From Chloroflexota bacterium (GTDB taxonomy: Bacteria > Chloroflexota > Dehalococcoidia > JACPPY01): a DNA stretch of 64,000 nt. The notes below the pieces were generated by a model that saw only the letters and a program-made list of their open reading frames with translations, had not been told where the DNA came from and ran no database searches. This document shows positions 47,220-56,666 of this stretch, piece after piece. Numbering within the stretch: position 1 is the stretch's first letter; every line of letters begins with the position of its first letter. The DNA lies in assembly GCA_016190755.1 (NCBI GenBank), contig JACPPY010000047.1, positions 13,752-77,751 of the forward strand, given 5' to 3'. The translations under genes and the position numbers were made by a program.

Positions 47220-49598
47220 ATGACAACCGGCATCCTCCGAAGGTGCCGCGTACTGGACCTGGCAGATGAAAAAGGCGCGTACTGCTCCCGCCTGCTAGCG
47301 GAGATGGGCGCCGACGTAATCAAGGTTGAACCCCCCGGCGGAGACCCGGCCAGGCAGAAGGGCCCGTTCCTCGACCAACTGCCGGACACAGAGGAGAGCC
47401 TGTATTTCCAGTACGTTAATGCCGGCAAGCGCGGCATAACGCTCGCCATGCACAGAGAGCCGGATGCCAGCATGTTCCGACGTCTGGCGGCTGGCGCCGA
47501 CGTGATCGTGGAGTCCTTCGAGCCCGGCTATCTCGACCGTTTCGACCTGGGTTACAAACACCTCTCGGCGCTCAATCCCGGCCTCATCGTGGCATCGATC
47601 ACCGGGTTTGGACTGACTGGACCTTACAGGCTCTTCGTGTCGTCTGACATCGTCGCCAGCGGCATGGGCGGACAGATGTATATCACTGGCCGAGAGGATA
47701 CACCTCCGCTCAGCCTGTGCGGAGACCAGTCTTACTACATAGCCTCGATGTTCGCGGCGATAGGAATACTGCAGGCATTGCGCGCTCGCCGGGCCGGTGG
47801 GAAGGGCCAGCATATCGATATCTCACTCCAGGAGTGCGTGGCGGCCACGCTGGACCATGTCCTGCCGCGTTATTTCTCGCACGGCGAGGTATCACGGAGG
47901 CAGGGCAGCCTACACTGGTCTGGTGGCTTCTGCGTGTTCCCATGCCTCGACGGCTACGCGTTGCTGTCGCTATTCATGAACTGGGATACTCTGGTCGAGT
48001 GGTTGGACAGTGAAGGCATGGCGGACGACCTCTTGCAAAGGAGGTGGCAGGACCCAGAGCAGAGGCGCCGGGGGACGGATCACATAATAGAAGTACTGGA
48101 ACGCTGGTCGCTCTCTCACCAGGCGGCCTACCTGGAGGAGCAGGGCCAGCTAATGGGGTTCCCGTGGGCCAGGGTTGCAGGCGTAGATGATGTGGCTGCC
48201 AGCCCGCAACTGCGCAGCCGCGGGTTCTTCATCCGCACACGACACCCCGGGACAGGCAGGGTATATGAGTCCCCGGGTGTCCCGGCCCGTCTGAGCCTGA
48301 CTCCCTTTGGCCTAGGCCGCCCGGCGCCCCGGCTCGGCGAGCACAACGCCCAAGTCTTGGGCGATGCCGGCTCCGGGGAAACGGAGGACCAGATGAACAA
48401 TGTGCCGGCCCGTATGGCTCGCACCACTGCAGGGCCGCCGCTGGCCGGGGTGCGCGTGCTGGACTTCACCCGCGTGCTGGCCGGTCCTTATGCCACCCGC
48501 CTCATGGCTGACTTTGGCGCCGAGGTCATCAAGGTCCAACGGCCTTCCGGGAACGAGCAGGATCCGTTGGGTGGCGCATACTACGGCGCCTGGAACCGTA
48601 ACAAACGCAGCATTGCGCTTGACATGTCGCGGCCCGAGGGACTGGCATTGGCCCGCAGGCTGATAGGAGCGAGCGACATACTGGTGGAAAACTTCAGCCC
48701 GCGCGTGATGGCCAACTGGGGCCTGGACTACCCGCACGTTCGAGAGCTGAGGCCGGACATAATAATGGTCAGCATTTCAGCTATGGGCCAGACAGGGCCG
48801 CTCAGGGACTTCACTGGCTTCGCGCCTACGCTGCACGCCCTGAGCGGCATGACGCATCTCACCTCTTTCCCCGGCAAACCACCGCTGGGCCCGGGATACT
48901 CCTACGCCGACCACGTCGCCGGGCTCACCGCAGCGCTGGCAACCCTCGCCGCGCTGGAGCACCGGTCGCTCACAGGCGAAGGGCAGTTCGTAGATGTATC
49001 GGTGCTGGAGAGCATGTGTGCCCTGATGGGCCCGGCGTTGCTGGATTGGACGGTGAACCGGCACAAAACCGCCCCTCACGGCAACGGTTCGCCGGACGCG
49101 GCGCCACATGGCTGCTATCGCTGTGCGGGCGAGGATGCATGGTGCGTCCTGGCCGTGGAGACCGAAGAGCAATGGCGCTCTTTCGCCGCGGCGCTGGAAC
49201 ACCCTGAATGGGTCGGGGATGCACGCTTCTCCAGCAAGGCGAGCCGACTGCAGAACGCCGCAGAGCTGGATAGGCTCGTCGAAAAGTGGACCTCGCGCCT
49301 TACCCCCGACAGGGCGATGATCGAGCTTCAGAAAGCAGGCATACCGGCGGGCAAGGTGCAGGACGCCCGGCAAATCGCTGCAGACCCGCAGCTAAACGCC
49401 CGAAGGTTCTTCACCGAGCCAGAGCCCGCTTCATCCGGGCTCAAGTGTGACGGGAGCCCGATCAGGATTCTCGGTGTGCCGCCACCCTGCCGCACAGCCC
49501 CGGCGCCCGGACAGGATACAGACGATGTCCTCACCGATATCCTCGGCCTGGACAAACGCGAGGTAATGTTACTGAAACAGGAAGGCGTCATATCCTGA
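47220..49598 (+). CDS. Fused tandem family-III CoA transferase (two CaiB/BaiF-like domains in one 792-aa polypeptide)
   Basis: Domain 1 has RVLDLADEKGAYCSRLLAEMGADVIKVE, domain 2 has VRVLDFTRVLAGPYATRLMADFGAEVIKVQ. The junction ...GEHNAQVLGDAGSGETEDQ-MNNVPARM has no stop between the halves. Confidence 0.8.
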   Translation: MTTGILRRCRVLDLADEKGAYCSRLLAEMGADVIKVEPPGGDPARQKGPFLDQLPDTEESLYFQYVNAGKRGITLAMHREPDASMFRRLAAGADVIVESFEPGYLDRFDLGYKHLSALNPGLIVASITGFGLTGPYRLFVSSDIVASGMGGQMYITGREDTPPLSLCGDQSYYIASMFAAIGILQALRARRAGGKGQHIDISLQECVAATLDHVLPRYFSHGEVSRRQGSLHWSGGFCVFPCLDGYALLSLFMNWDTLVEWLDSEGMADDLLQRRWQDPEQRRRGTDHIIEVLERWSLSHQAAYLEEQGQLMGFPWARVAGVDDVAASPQLRSRGFFIRTRHPGTGRVYESPGVPARLSLTPFGLGRPAPRLGEHNAQVLGDAGSGETEDQMNNVPARMARTTAGPPLAGVRVLDFTRVLAGPYATRLMADFGAEVIKVQRPSGNEQDPLGGAYYGAWNRNKRSIALDMSRPEGLALARRLIGASDILVENFSPRVMANWGLDYPHVRELRPDIIMVSISAMGQTGPLRDFTGFAPTLHALSGMTHLTSFPGKPPLGPGYSYADHVAGLTAALATLAALEHRSLTGEGQFVDVSVLESMCALMGPALLDWTVNRHKTAPHGNGSPDAAPHGCYRCAGEDAWCVLAVETEEQWRSFAAALEHPEWVGDARFSSKASRLQNAAELDRLVEKWTSRLTPDRAMIELQKAGIPAGKVQDARQIAADPQLNARRFFTEPEPASSGLKCDGSPIRILGVPPPCRTAPAPGQDTDDVLTDILGLDKREVMLLKQEGVIS

Positions 49599-49679
49599 GG
49601 TACATTTTCGCGTCGGACTTCCCTTCGTGTCCGGCCTGTGTTAGATTCTTGACTGAAGTCACTAGAGGAGGGATAAACC

Positions 49680-49865
49680 TTGCCCATCATAAGAGTGGAG
49701 ATGTGGACCGGCAGGACAACCCAGCAGAAAGCCGAGCTGGCCAAAGCCATAACCGACGCCGTATGCCGCGTCGCCGGATCGAAGCCGGAGGCTACCTTTG
49801 TGGTCTTTACCGATATACCCAAAGAAAACTGGGCCCAGTCGGGAAAACTGGCATCGCAGACATAG
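49680..49865 (+). CDS. 4-oxalocrotonate tautomerase family protein
   Basis: MPIIRVEMWTGRTTQQKAELAKAITDAV has the Pro-1 tautomerase signature; 61 aa. TTG start with GAGGAGGG upstream. Confidence 0.7.
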   Translation: MPIIRVEMWTGRTTQQKAELAKAITDAVCRVAGSKPEATFVVFTDIPKENWAQSGKLASQT

Positions 49866-50083
49866 TACAGCAGCTGAGCGGGAATACTCGGGCGTGGCCG
49901 GCGGGAATCACACCAGTTCCCAACCCGTTCCCAACTTTGGTCGGTTAAATTGCCTTTTGTTACAGGATACTCCCTATTCACACCTGTGCCATCCTCTCTG
50001 GCGCCCGAGCACTGGTGTCTCCCGAGTATCCGGAACGGTTTTGCTGCTCCGCCCGAGCACATTGCCGAGGATGACGGGCCGAT

Positions 50084-50506
50084 ATGGAGGCCAAAGGGTT
50101 GGACTACGAGAAACGCGACAGCGGGACGAGCTATGGTGAGGCTTTGGCTCTCATGCAAGATTGGAGCGCGACGCCAAGCGAAGAGGAGGAGGCTACCAGA
50201 AGTATCAGGCTAGGCGATATGACCGTCGATTTCCAGCAGCGCCGGGTGGCGTTCAGGGAAAAGAGCGTTCCTCTCACCTACATAGAATGGCTTCTGTTAG
50301 CCGAGCTTGTTCGCAACGCGGGGCAGATGGTTTCCTACGAGAAGCTGTTGACGCGTGTCTGGGGCCCGGAGCACAGTAACAACGTGCATCTTCTCAGGAT
50401 ATGGATAAGTCGGCTCCGGTATAAGCTTGAAGACAGCGGCACAGGACACAGGTTCGTCCGTACCGTGCGCAAGTCTGGGTATGCGATAGGCAAGTCAGAA
50501 GACTGA
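50084..50506 (+). CDS. OmpR/PhoB-type winged-helix DNA-binding protein without receiver domain
   Basis: trans_reg_C-like region (LTYIEWLLLAELVRNAGQMVSYEKLLTRVWG...RIWISRLRYKLE). Only about 40 aa precede it. The exact start is uncertain. Confidence 0.6.
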   Translation: MEAKGLDYEKRDSGTSYGEALALMQDWSATPSEEEEATRSIRLGDMTVDFQQRRVAFREKSVPLTYIEWLLLAELVRNAGQMVSYEKLLTRVWGPEHSNNVHLLRIWISRLRYKLEDSGTGHRFVRTVRKSGYAIGKSED

Positions 50507-50513
50507 TTCCCCG

Positions 50514-51422
50514 CTAGCCCGACATACGCGGTTGCGCTGGAACCATAAAGATCGGCGTGTGTCCCGAGTGCAACAGCTTATCGGTAACGCTGCCGAACAC
50601 CCACCTGCTGACTCCAGACCTGCCATGCGCGGATACAGCTATCAGGTCCGAGGCATGTTTCTCAGCATAGGTAATGATTTCCTCTGCCGGAGTCCCCACA
50701 GCGGTTGCGATATAGGCGCGCAGCCCCTTTTTCTTGAGTCCTCCGGCCACACCCTCCAGGTAAGCCAAGGCGAGCGCCTTGCGTTTCTCTTCCACCTCAT
50801 ACATCGCCGCAGGCCAGGAAGCGCTGCCGTCGCTTCCAGAAACCATGTCCGACAGCGGTTCCAGTACCTGCAGCAGCACCATCTCAGCGTTCAGTTTGAG
50901 CGCCAGCGTTTCGGCGTACGGTAGAGCCGCCTCTCCCGCCGCCGAGCCGTCCAGAGGCAGGAGTATCTGCTTCAACAACCTGCCCTCTTCCCCCGCCATC
51001 CGGCCCAAGGGAGCCCTCACCAGCAGCACAGGCCACGAGGTGGCCCGGAGCACCTTCGCGGCTATGTTGCCCAGCAGCCATTTGCCCAGGCCCGAGCGCC
51101 CGCGGTTTGACATAGCTATCAGGTTGACGTGTTTTTCGCTGGCATAGACCAGTATCTCGCTCGCCGGCCGTCCTGCGAGCACCTCGGCGTGCACTTTCAC
51201 TTCACCTGAGGTATTACGGCCAGCCAGGCCTTTTCGAAGGTTCTCCTGAACGCGCTCAAGGTAGTACCGGTAAAGACGGTCGGCGCCGGCGATGCTGGTA
51301 TCCACGACGCTGGCGAGTATGACCTCTGATCCGAAAGCTGCGGCGATCTCACGAACGTAAGGTAGTACGACCTCCGCTGTGTTCGACCCGTCCAGCGGTA
51401 CCAGTACTTTCCTGAACATCAC
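50514..51422 (-). CDS. Universal stress protein (tandem UspA domains)
   Basis: Two Usp repeats (KVLVPLDGS...GNIA.KVLR pattern twice). Confidence 0.8.
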   Translation of the reverse strand: MMFRKVLVPLDGSNTAEVVLPYVREIAAAFGSEVILASVVDTSIAGADRLYRYYLERVQENLRKGLAGRNTSGEVKVHAEVLAGRPASEILVYASEKHVNLIAMSNRGRSGLGKWLLGNIAAKVLRATSWPVLLVRAPLGRMAGEEGRLLKQILLPLDGSAAGEAALPYAETLALKLNAEMVLLQVLEPLSDMVSGSDGSASWPAAMYEVEEKRKALALAYLEGVAGGLKKKGLRAYIATAVGTPAEEIITYAEKHASDLIAVSAHGRSGVSRWVFGSVTDKLLHSGHTPIFMVPAQPRMSG

Positions 51423-51767
51423 ACACCGCGATAATACTCTGGCATTAGCGACGACGTGTTAGGGCCAAGACTGCCACCAAACGCCACGCCTTCCGCCCTT
51501 TATTACATGATATACCTAATTAGTAAGTGCACCATCACCCCCTGTGTCCCCCGCTTCCTTCGAAGGGCTTTGCCCGACAATCACAAGACCATCGCCATTT
51601 GTCGGGCAATCGGCAATTCTGCCCGATTATTCCAGAAGGTAGGTTCTAAATTCAGTTCGTATATGCTCTGAATCAGGACGCAAATATTATGGCAGAGAAC
51701 CTTCAAAATAACCTCGTTGACCTGAGCAGTAGGCGACTTAGACCGAACCGAGCTGCCGAACTTGCCC

Positions 51768-52715
51768 TTAATCATGCTGAACGTGGTTTCGACGTTCTAA
51801 CCTCTTGTGATAATGCTCATAGAAAACGGCCTTGTTGAATTCGTAGAAGTGCCACATCTTGTTCCAGAGATTATCCGGTTCGTGGTGTCCATGGGTTCCC
51901 TTGCTCTGGGATTTGAAGGGTATGTACGAGATAGCACCGACGCTTGCCACGACACGAAGATTCTTCTTGGCAGAGTAAGCCTTGTCCGCCGAGACCTCGT
52001 TGATAGTAAATTTCTTGGCAGTCTGATTGACCAATGCGGGGAATTGAGGTGCATCGGCGGACTCGAACGGGGTAGCCTCTACGGAAGTTACTACGTGGGT
52101 CTTGACTCCAGTCATAAGATGTACCTTGACCCACTTGTTCTCAGACTTCATCTTGCCGTACTTTTCATCGTACCACCTGTCGTAGACACAGGTGGTGAAG
52201 CCAGAAGAATCAACGGCGAAGTCGGTTTCGATGCCCTTCAAAGGTTGGGCTGTTTCTTCGATGAGCGTCTTGAGCAGTGGAGTGAGTTCGGGATTCTCCA
52301 GATAGTCGAAGATGCTGTTGTAGGACGGGGCCTTTGCCAAGTAGCCCTTCGTTACCAGTTGCCGCAAGTCAGTCATTGCCCTTCGTCCCGACACTGTGGA
52401 GTATACCTTCAAGGCGGAAGCCATAACTACAGCCGAGAGTGGATGGCTGGGCCGTCCAGCGCCTTTGTGCTCCGGTTGGACTATACCCTTGCACAGTTCC
52501 CCAAGAAGCTCAATGAACCTGTCCTGCTCGTGGGTTTGTGCTTGATTGTACGCGGGCCATTCCTGAGCATAGGTTACGCGCATGGCTTGGGTGTCTATCG
52601 TGGTGCCATCCGGCTTCGTCTCACGTTGCACCACATATTCGACAGCGTAAAGGTGCTTACAGTGGTTGCCCTTTTCAAAGTCCGGGCAAAGAGCAGAAGG
52701 GGTGCCCATGGTCAA
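51768..52715 (-). CDS. DDE transposase, IS4/IS5-superfamily-like
   Basis: FAVDSSGF (D1 region) and VSADKAYSAKKNLRVV (DKGY-like D2 region). N-terminal C-x8-C-x-H element. Confidence 0.6.
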   Translation of the reverse strand: MTMGTPSALCPDFEKGNHCKHLYAVEYVVQRETKPDGTTIDTQAMRVTYAQEWPAYNQAQTHEQDRFIELLGELCKGIVQPEHKGAGRPSHPLSAVVMASALKVYSTVSGRRAMTDLRQLVTKGYLAKAPSYNSIFDYLENPELTPLLKTLIEETAQPLKGIETDFAVDSSGFTTCVYDRWYDEKYGKMKSENKWVKVHLMTGVKTHVVTSVEATPFESADAPQFPALVNQTAKKFTINEVSADKAYSAKKNLRVVASVGAISYIPFKSQSKGTHGHHEPDNLWNKMWHFYEFNKAVFYEHYHKRLERRNHVQHD

Positions 52716-52964
52716 GGTTTACAACGTAGGAAGTCCCATTACCACTCTGGCTCGGAACCTTCCACATGCCAAGCTGGTTCTTTTCAATCTTGGCGGTGGC
52801 TGCTATCAGAAGTCCCTTTTCTTGTCTCGCATCCATCTGAGTATCCCCTTTCAACTTACCGCGCTAGTATATTACTACGTCGGTAAGTCGCTGTCAATAC
52901 CCTTGACGTATATTACCCTCCCGGTATATACTGAGCCGATAATATATCAGTCAAGGAGGCAATC

Positions 52965-53318
52965 ATGGGTAGAGTTCCAATCACTGTTATGGGTTATCGG
53001 TGTGAGAGGTGTGGTTGGGAATGGGTGCCCCGTGATGAAAGCCAAGAACCAAAGGTATGCCCGAAATGTAAGTCCCCATACTGGAACAAGCCGAGGAAAC
53101 CAGCGGCAGCCATGTCGTATGAGGAGTTCCGAGATAAGGTCAAGGCCGTTCTTGTTGCTGCCACTGGTAAGTCTCTCACCTGGACAGAAATACGAACTCA
53201 AGCAAAGTTGCCCCAGAAATGGCCAAACAATCAGTGGGTTCACCGTATGGACAAGGACATCAACCTGATACGCGAAAAAGACAAAGATGGTATCATTCGC
53301 TGGAAAATTCCTATCTAG
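52965..53318 (+). CDS. Zinc-ribbon protein (117 aa), unknown function
   Basis: CERCGWEW...CPKCKSPYW forms a CxxC...CxxC ribbon. RBS AAGGAGG. Confidence 0.5.
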   Translation: MGRVPITVMGYRCERCGWEWVPRDESQEPKVCPKCKSPYWNKPRKPAAAMSYEEFRDKVKAVLVAATGKSLTWTEIRTQAKLPQKWPNNQWVHRMDKDINLIREKDKDGIIRWKIPI

Positions 53319-53332
53319 GAGGTACATAGCTT

Positions 53333-53860
53333 ATGCCGGTTCCCAGTCTTAGATTGCCAGAGAAATCGAAAGATGAGCAGCGACAGAGCAAAGTTACTTG
53401 GAACTTGGAGCACTGCAAAACAGACCAACCCGATTTCTACACTATCGGCTATGCTGGCAGAAGCATGGGAGGTTTTCTGAACGTTTTGACTGAGGCTGGG
53501 GTTGCGACACTTGTGGATATAAGATTCGCGCCGGTTAGCCGTTTCAAACCAGAATTCAGCAAGAACAATCTCATGAGAGCATTACGGGAAGTAGGGATAA
53601 CCTACATCCATAGACCTGATTGGGGCGTACCGCGAGATATTAGAGCTTTTAGCATCGGCAAGAACTCGCGTGACGATATTTGGGCATGGTACGACGCCAA
53701 TGTCTTACCCAGCGTGGTCAATAGAAACCTGGACCTGTTCTTCAATACTATGGAGCATCCGGTTGCGTACATGTGCGTTGAATATGACCCTACCGAGTGC
53801 CACAGGCATAGGGTTTCTTTGGGACTAGAACGGCAGGGATTGGTTGGTTGCGACCTTTAA
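53333..53860 (+). CDS. DUF488-family protein
   Basis: FYTIGYAGRSMGGFLNVLTEAGVATLVDIRFAPVSRFKPEFSKNNLMRALREVGITYIH matches the DUF488 core pattern (YTIG...LVDVR..P.SR....F....L...L...GI.Y). Confidence 0.6.
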   Translation: MPVPSLRLPEKSKDEQRQSKVTWNLEHCKTDQPDFYTIGYAGRSMGGFLNVLTEAGVATLVDIRFAPVSRFKPEFSKNNLMRALREVGITYIHRPDWGVPRDIRAFSIGKNSRDDIWAWYDANVLPSVVNRNLDLFFNTMEHPVAYMCVEYDPTECHRHRVSLGLERQGLVGCDL

Positions 53861-53885
53861 ACCGCCGTTCCGAAGGGGGTGCTGA

Positions 53886-54695
53886 ATGGTCCATACTGGA
53901 ACCGAACGCCAAACGAAGAAGGTGCTCATCACGGTACGCACTTACCCTGTACCATCCAAAAGCCTCATAGAAGTGTCTTGCACTGCCGGGATAACCGACG
54001 ACGGTCATTGGATACGGCTGTACCCTGTCCCATATAGGTTTTTGGACTACGACAAGCGTTTCACGAAGTACCAGTATATCGAAGCGCAGGTGACAAAGCC
54101 CACTTCAGACACTCGCCCTGAAAGCTATAGGGTTGACCCCGAAACAATAAGTGTGGTGTCTCCAGTGATACCGACTACCAACACGTGGCAGCAGCGAAAG
54201 GCGGTAATCTATCCCCTCAAAGCTAGATCGATGTGCGACCTACAGGAAGAGCGTAATTTAGCAAGACAGCCAACTTTGGGCTTTATCAAGCCGACCATAA
54301 CGAAGTTGGTAATCAAGCCTACAAGTCCTGAGTGGACTGAGGCAGAGTTGGCGAGGCTGCGGCAATTCCCTTTGTTCGGCAATGCACCAAAGAGCGAACT
54401 CGTGAAGCTGCCTTTTGATTTCAGGTACCAATTCGTTTGTGAGCACTCTGATTGCCCTGGTCATGACATGCTCTGTACGGATTGGGAAATGGGTTGGTCG
54501 TATCTGAAATGGAAGGCCAAGTATGAGTCTAATTGGGAACAGGAGTTCCGTAAGACATACGAGAGAATGATGCAGGAAAACGACACCCACTTTTTTGTTG
54601 GCACGTTGCATGGAAATCCCAGCGCGTGGATAGTTATCGGACTGTTCTATCCTCCCAAAGTGGCAGAGAGTGCCCAACAGCCTAGTTTGTTCTGA
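53886..54695 (+). CDS. Hypothetical protein (269 aa), no recognised family
   Basis: ORF with a GGGGGT RBS. Contains CEHSDCPGHDMLCTDWE, a Cys/His-rich patch. Confidence 0.45.
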   Translation: MVHTGTERQTKKVLITVRTYPVPSKSLIEVSCTAGITDDGHWIRLYPVPYRFLDYDKRFTKYQYIEAQVTKPTSDTRPESYRVDPETISVVSPVIPTTNTWQQRKAVIYPLKARSMCDLQEERNLARQPTLGFIKPTITKLVIKPTSPEWTEAELARLRQFPLFGNAPKSELVKLPFDFRYQFVCEHSDCPGHDMLCTDWEMGWSYLKWKAKYESNWEQEFRKTYERMMQENDTHFFVGTLHGNPSAWIVIGLFYPPKVAESAQQPSLF

Positions 54696-54720
54696 CGCAA
54701 GCGAGATAGGTGAAGGGCAT

Positions 54721-55143
54721 ATGATTGACTCAACCTGGTTAGAATTACCTACCAAAGAGACATGGGAGGAACGAAGACTGTATTTTGAGTCCTTGGAGCA
54801 GTCATTCGTGAATGAACGTGCGTCTTACGGCCTCAGTGACCAGGCCTGTGCATTAGTGGAGGATGTCCAAACAGCTTTTTGCGCGGGAGCTTGGGTCACG
54901 GTGCTAGTTATGGCGATTGCTGTCATTGAGTCCCACATCGGCGAATTTGGGTACCCCGATCTGACTAACAACCCTCTGTTCCAGAGGCTTCGCAAAAGAC
55001 GCAATAGCATTGTGCATTTTCAAGCCAAGCACCCAGGCATCACAACTGACCAGCAGTGGTTAGACAGAACCAAATTGGAGATTGAAGCGAAAGAAGCCTC
55101 CAGATTAATGTTTGAGGTGTTCTACAGTGATGTCGGGACGTAG
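54721..55143 (+). CDS. Hypothetical protein (140 aa)
   Basis: ATG with GGTGAAGGG upstream. Followed by a hairpin plus T-tract (ggaacag-ac-ctgttcc gcatttt). Confidence 0.4.
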   Translation: MIDSTWLELPTKETWEERRLYFESLEQSFVNERASYGLSDQACALVEDVQTAFCAGAWVTVLVMAIAVIESHIGEFGYPDLTNNPLFQRLRKRRNSIVHFQAKHPGITTDQQWLDRTKLEIEAKEASRLMFEVFYSDVGT

Positions 55144-55250
55144 CCAAAATGGGAACAGACCTGTTCCGCATTTTCGGGCAACTCAGGTAATTTTCGGGCA
55201 GACGGCTATTGTCGGGCAAAGCCGTCCAGGGGTTGAAGGGGAAATCCGGT

Positions 55251-56114
55251 TCAATCTGCGTCGGCGTAGTAGGATACGCCGATGGTGCCGGGCCCGGTGT
55301 GGACGCCCATTACGGGCGTGAAGTCAGTGAGATATGCCTCAACGCAGTTAAGCCTGGCGCGGATTTCCTCTCTAAAGGCCTCCGCTCCTTCACGAACGGA
55401 AGCATGGTGCACATTGGCATGCACAGGCTTGCCGCCAGCATCATCCTGCATCATCTCAAGTAGCCTTGAAAGGGCCCTGGTCATAGTACGGGGCCTGTCC
55501 ACGGGCAGGACCTGCCCGTTCCGGATGTCGAGAATAGGCTTGACGTTGAGCAGCGCCCCGGCCCAGGAGGCGGCCTTGCCGATGCGGCCTCCCTTGGCGA
55601 GGTAGTGCAGCGTATCCAACGTAGCGATGAGGCGCACCTTCTCTCTCATCTGCTGGGCCCTTGCAGTCACCTCCGCCAGGTTCCTTGCACCGGAAGCTAC
55701 AGCACGTGCCGCCGCCACCGCTATGAACCCCTGGGCACCGCCTGCGGTGCCTGAGTCCAGCACCGTTATCTCCATCCCCGGCACCCGTGCCCTGACGATG
55801 TCGACAGCCTGCTGCGCAGCGTCGAACATGGCGCTGAGCGTAGAGGCGAGGGTCACACACAGTATGGCCTCAGTCCGCTGGCTGAGGCGTTCAAAGGTCT
55901 GGGCCACCTCGCCGGGGGAAGGAGCGGACGTGCCCGGTATGCGTGCACCGTTCCTCATGGCCTGATATATCTGGTCGGGCATGATGTCTACCCCGTCCCG
56001 GTAGGTTTTGCCGTCCATGATGACATGCAGCGGCACGACTGCTATGTCGTACCTGGTCACAAGCTCGGGCGGCAGGCAGGCGACGCTATCGGTAGCTATA
56101 GCTATTCTGCTCAT
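55251..56114 (-). CDS. DegV family (fatty-acid-binding) protein
   Basis: MSRIAIATDSVACLPPELVTRYDIAVVPL is the DegV N-terminus. Confidence 0.8.
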   Translation of the reverse strand: MSRIAIATDSVACLPPELVTRYDIAVVPLHVIMDGKTYRDGVDIMPDQIYQAMRNGARIPGTSAPSPGEVAQTFERLSQRTEAILCVTLASTLSAMFDAAQQAVDIVRARVPGMEITVLDSGTAGGAQGFIAVAAARAVASGARNLAEVTARAQQMREKVRLIATLDTLHYLAKGGRIGKAASWAGALLNVKPILDIRNGQVLPVDRPRTMTRALSRLLEMMQDDAGGKPVHANVHHASVREGAEAFREEIRARLNCVEAYLTDFTPVMGVHTGPGTIGVSYYADAD

Positions 56115-56247
56115 AAGCGCTGGAACAATTCTACATCGCCGCCTGTTCGGCGGACAATCGCCTGAACAAGTTCATTTCATATGTGTTCGGCCGAGCACGA
56201 ATGAGATAAGAGCCGTCTGGCGAGTTGGCGCGGCCAGGCCGAGACAG

Positions 56248-56511
56248 CTAAAAGGGTATGCCAGCATACATGATGGCCAACGACGCATGTATGACCACCG
56301 AGGCCCCGAGTATGTACCAAAGGTAGCAGTGGAACTTGTAGAAGCGTTGGTAATAGTGGTTCTTCAGCAGGTTCTTCCCGACCCTCGACATGGGAAGGCA
56401 ACGGCAGCTCGAAGAGATGAACAGCAGCGTCAGGAAGTTCAAAATACCCAGAATGAAAATGACCCTGGCAGCTCCAACTGACTGGAACACACTTGTATCC
56501 ATGTCACACAT
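56248..56511 (-). CDS. Hypothetical small membrane protein (87 aa)
   Basis: Two hydrophobic segments; no RBS found; weak call. Confidence 0.25.
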   Translation of the reverse strand: MCDMDTSVFQSVGAARVIFILGILNFLTLLFISSSCRCLPMSRVGKNLLKNHYYQRFYKFHCYLWYILGASVVIHASLAIMYAGIPF

Positions 56512-56573
56512 AATACCACAGGAGCAGGCGGTGGGTTTGCGAAAGTGAATATTCCTGGCATGGCAGGCAGCGC

Positions 56574-56602
56574 TTGACTCGTTTCCACCATAGTGCTATC
56601 GT
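56574..56602 (+). promoter_or_regulatory. Near-consensus sigma70 promoter (TTGACT-17-TATCGT) upstream of the GRE-activase gene
   Basis: ttgact at 56574-56579, a 17-nt spacer, then tatcgt at 56597-56602. The gene start is about 65 nt downstream. Confidence 0.4.
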
Positions 56603-56666
56603 GAAGCAACTTCATCGGTCCGTTTCTATCACCAATGACGATCTGCAAGTTAAGCGGCATGAGACC

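Larger units (their letters stand above)
51568..55221. mobile_element. Transposon-like lower-GC island bounded by 12-13 bp inverted repeats (CTTTGCCCGACAA ... TTGTCGGGCAAAG) with additional subterminal copies of TTKTCGGGCA
   Basis: Left end: ctttgcccgacaa-(19 nt)-ttgtcgggcaa, then ctgcccgat. Right end: ttttcgggcaa ... ttttcgggca ... gacggct-attgtcgggcaa-agccgtc. Contains a DDE transposase and four plus-strand passenger genes. Composition is visibly more AT-rich than the flanks. Inserted between the USP and DegV genes. Confidence 0.5.

Noticed and set aside
51581-51775. 64-aa minus-strand ORF overlapping the island's left inverted repeat
   Set aside because: It overlaps the repeat structure and the transposase stop, and has no RBS; likely spurious.
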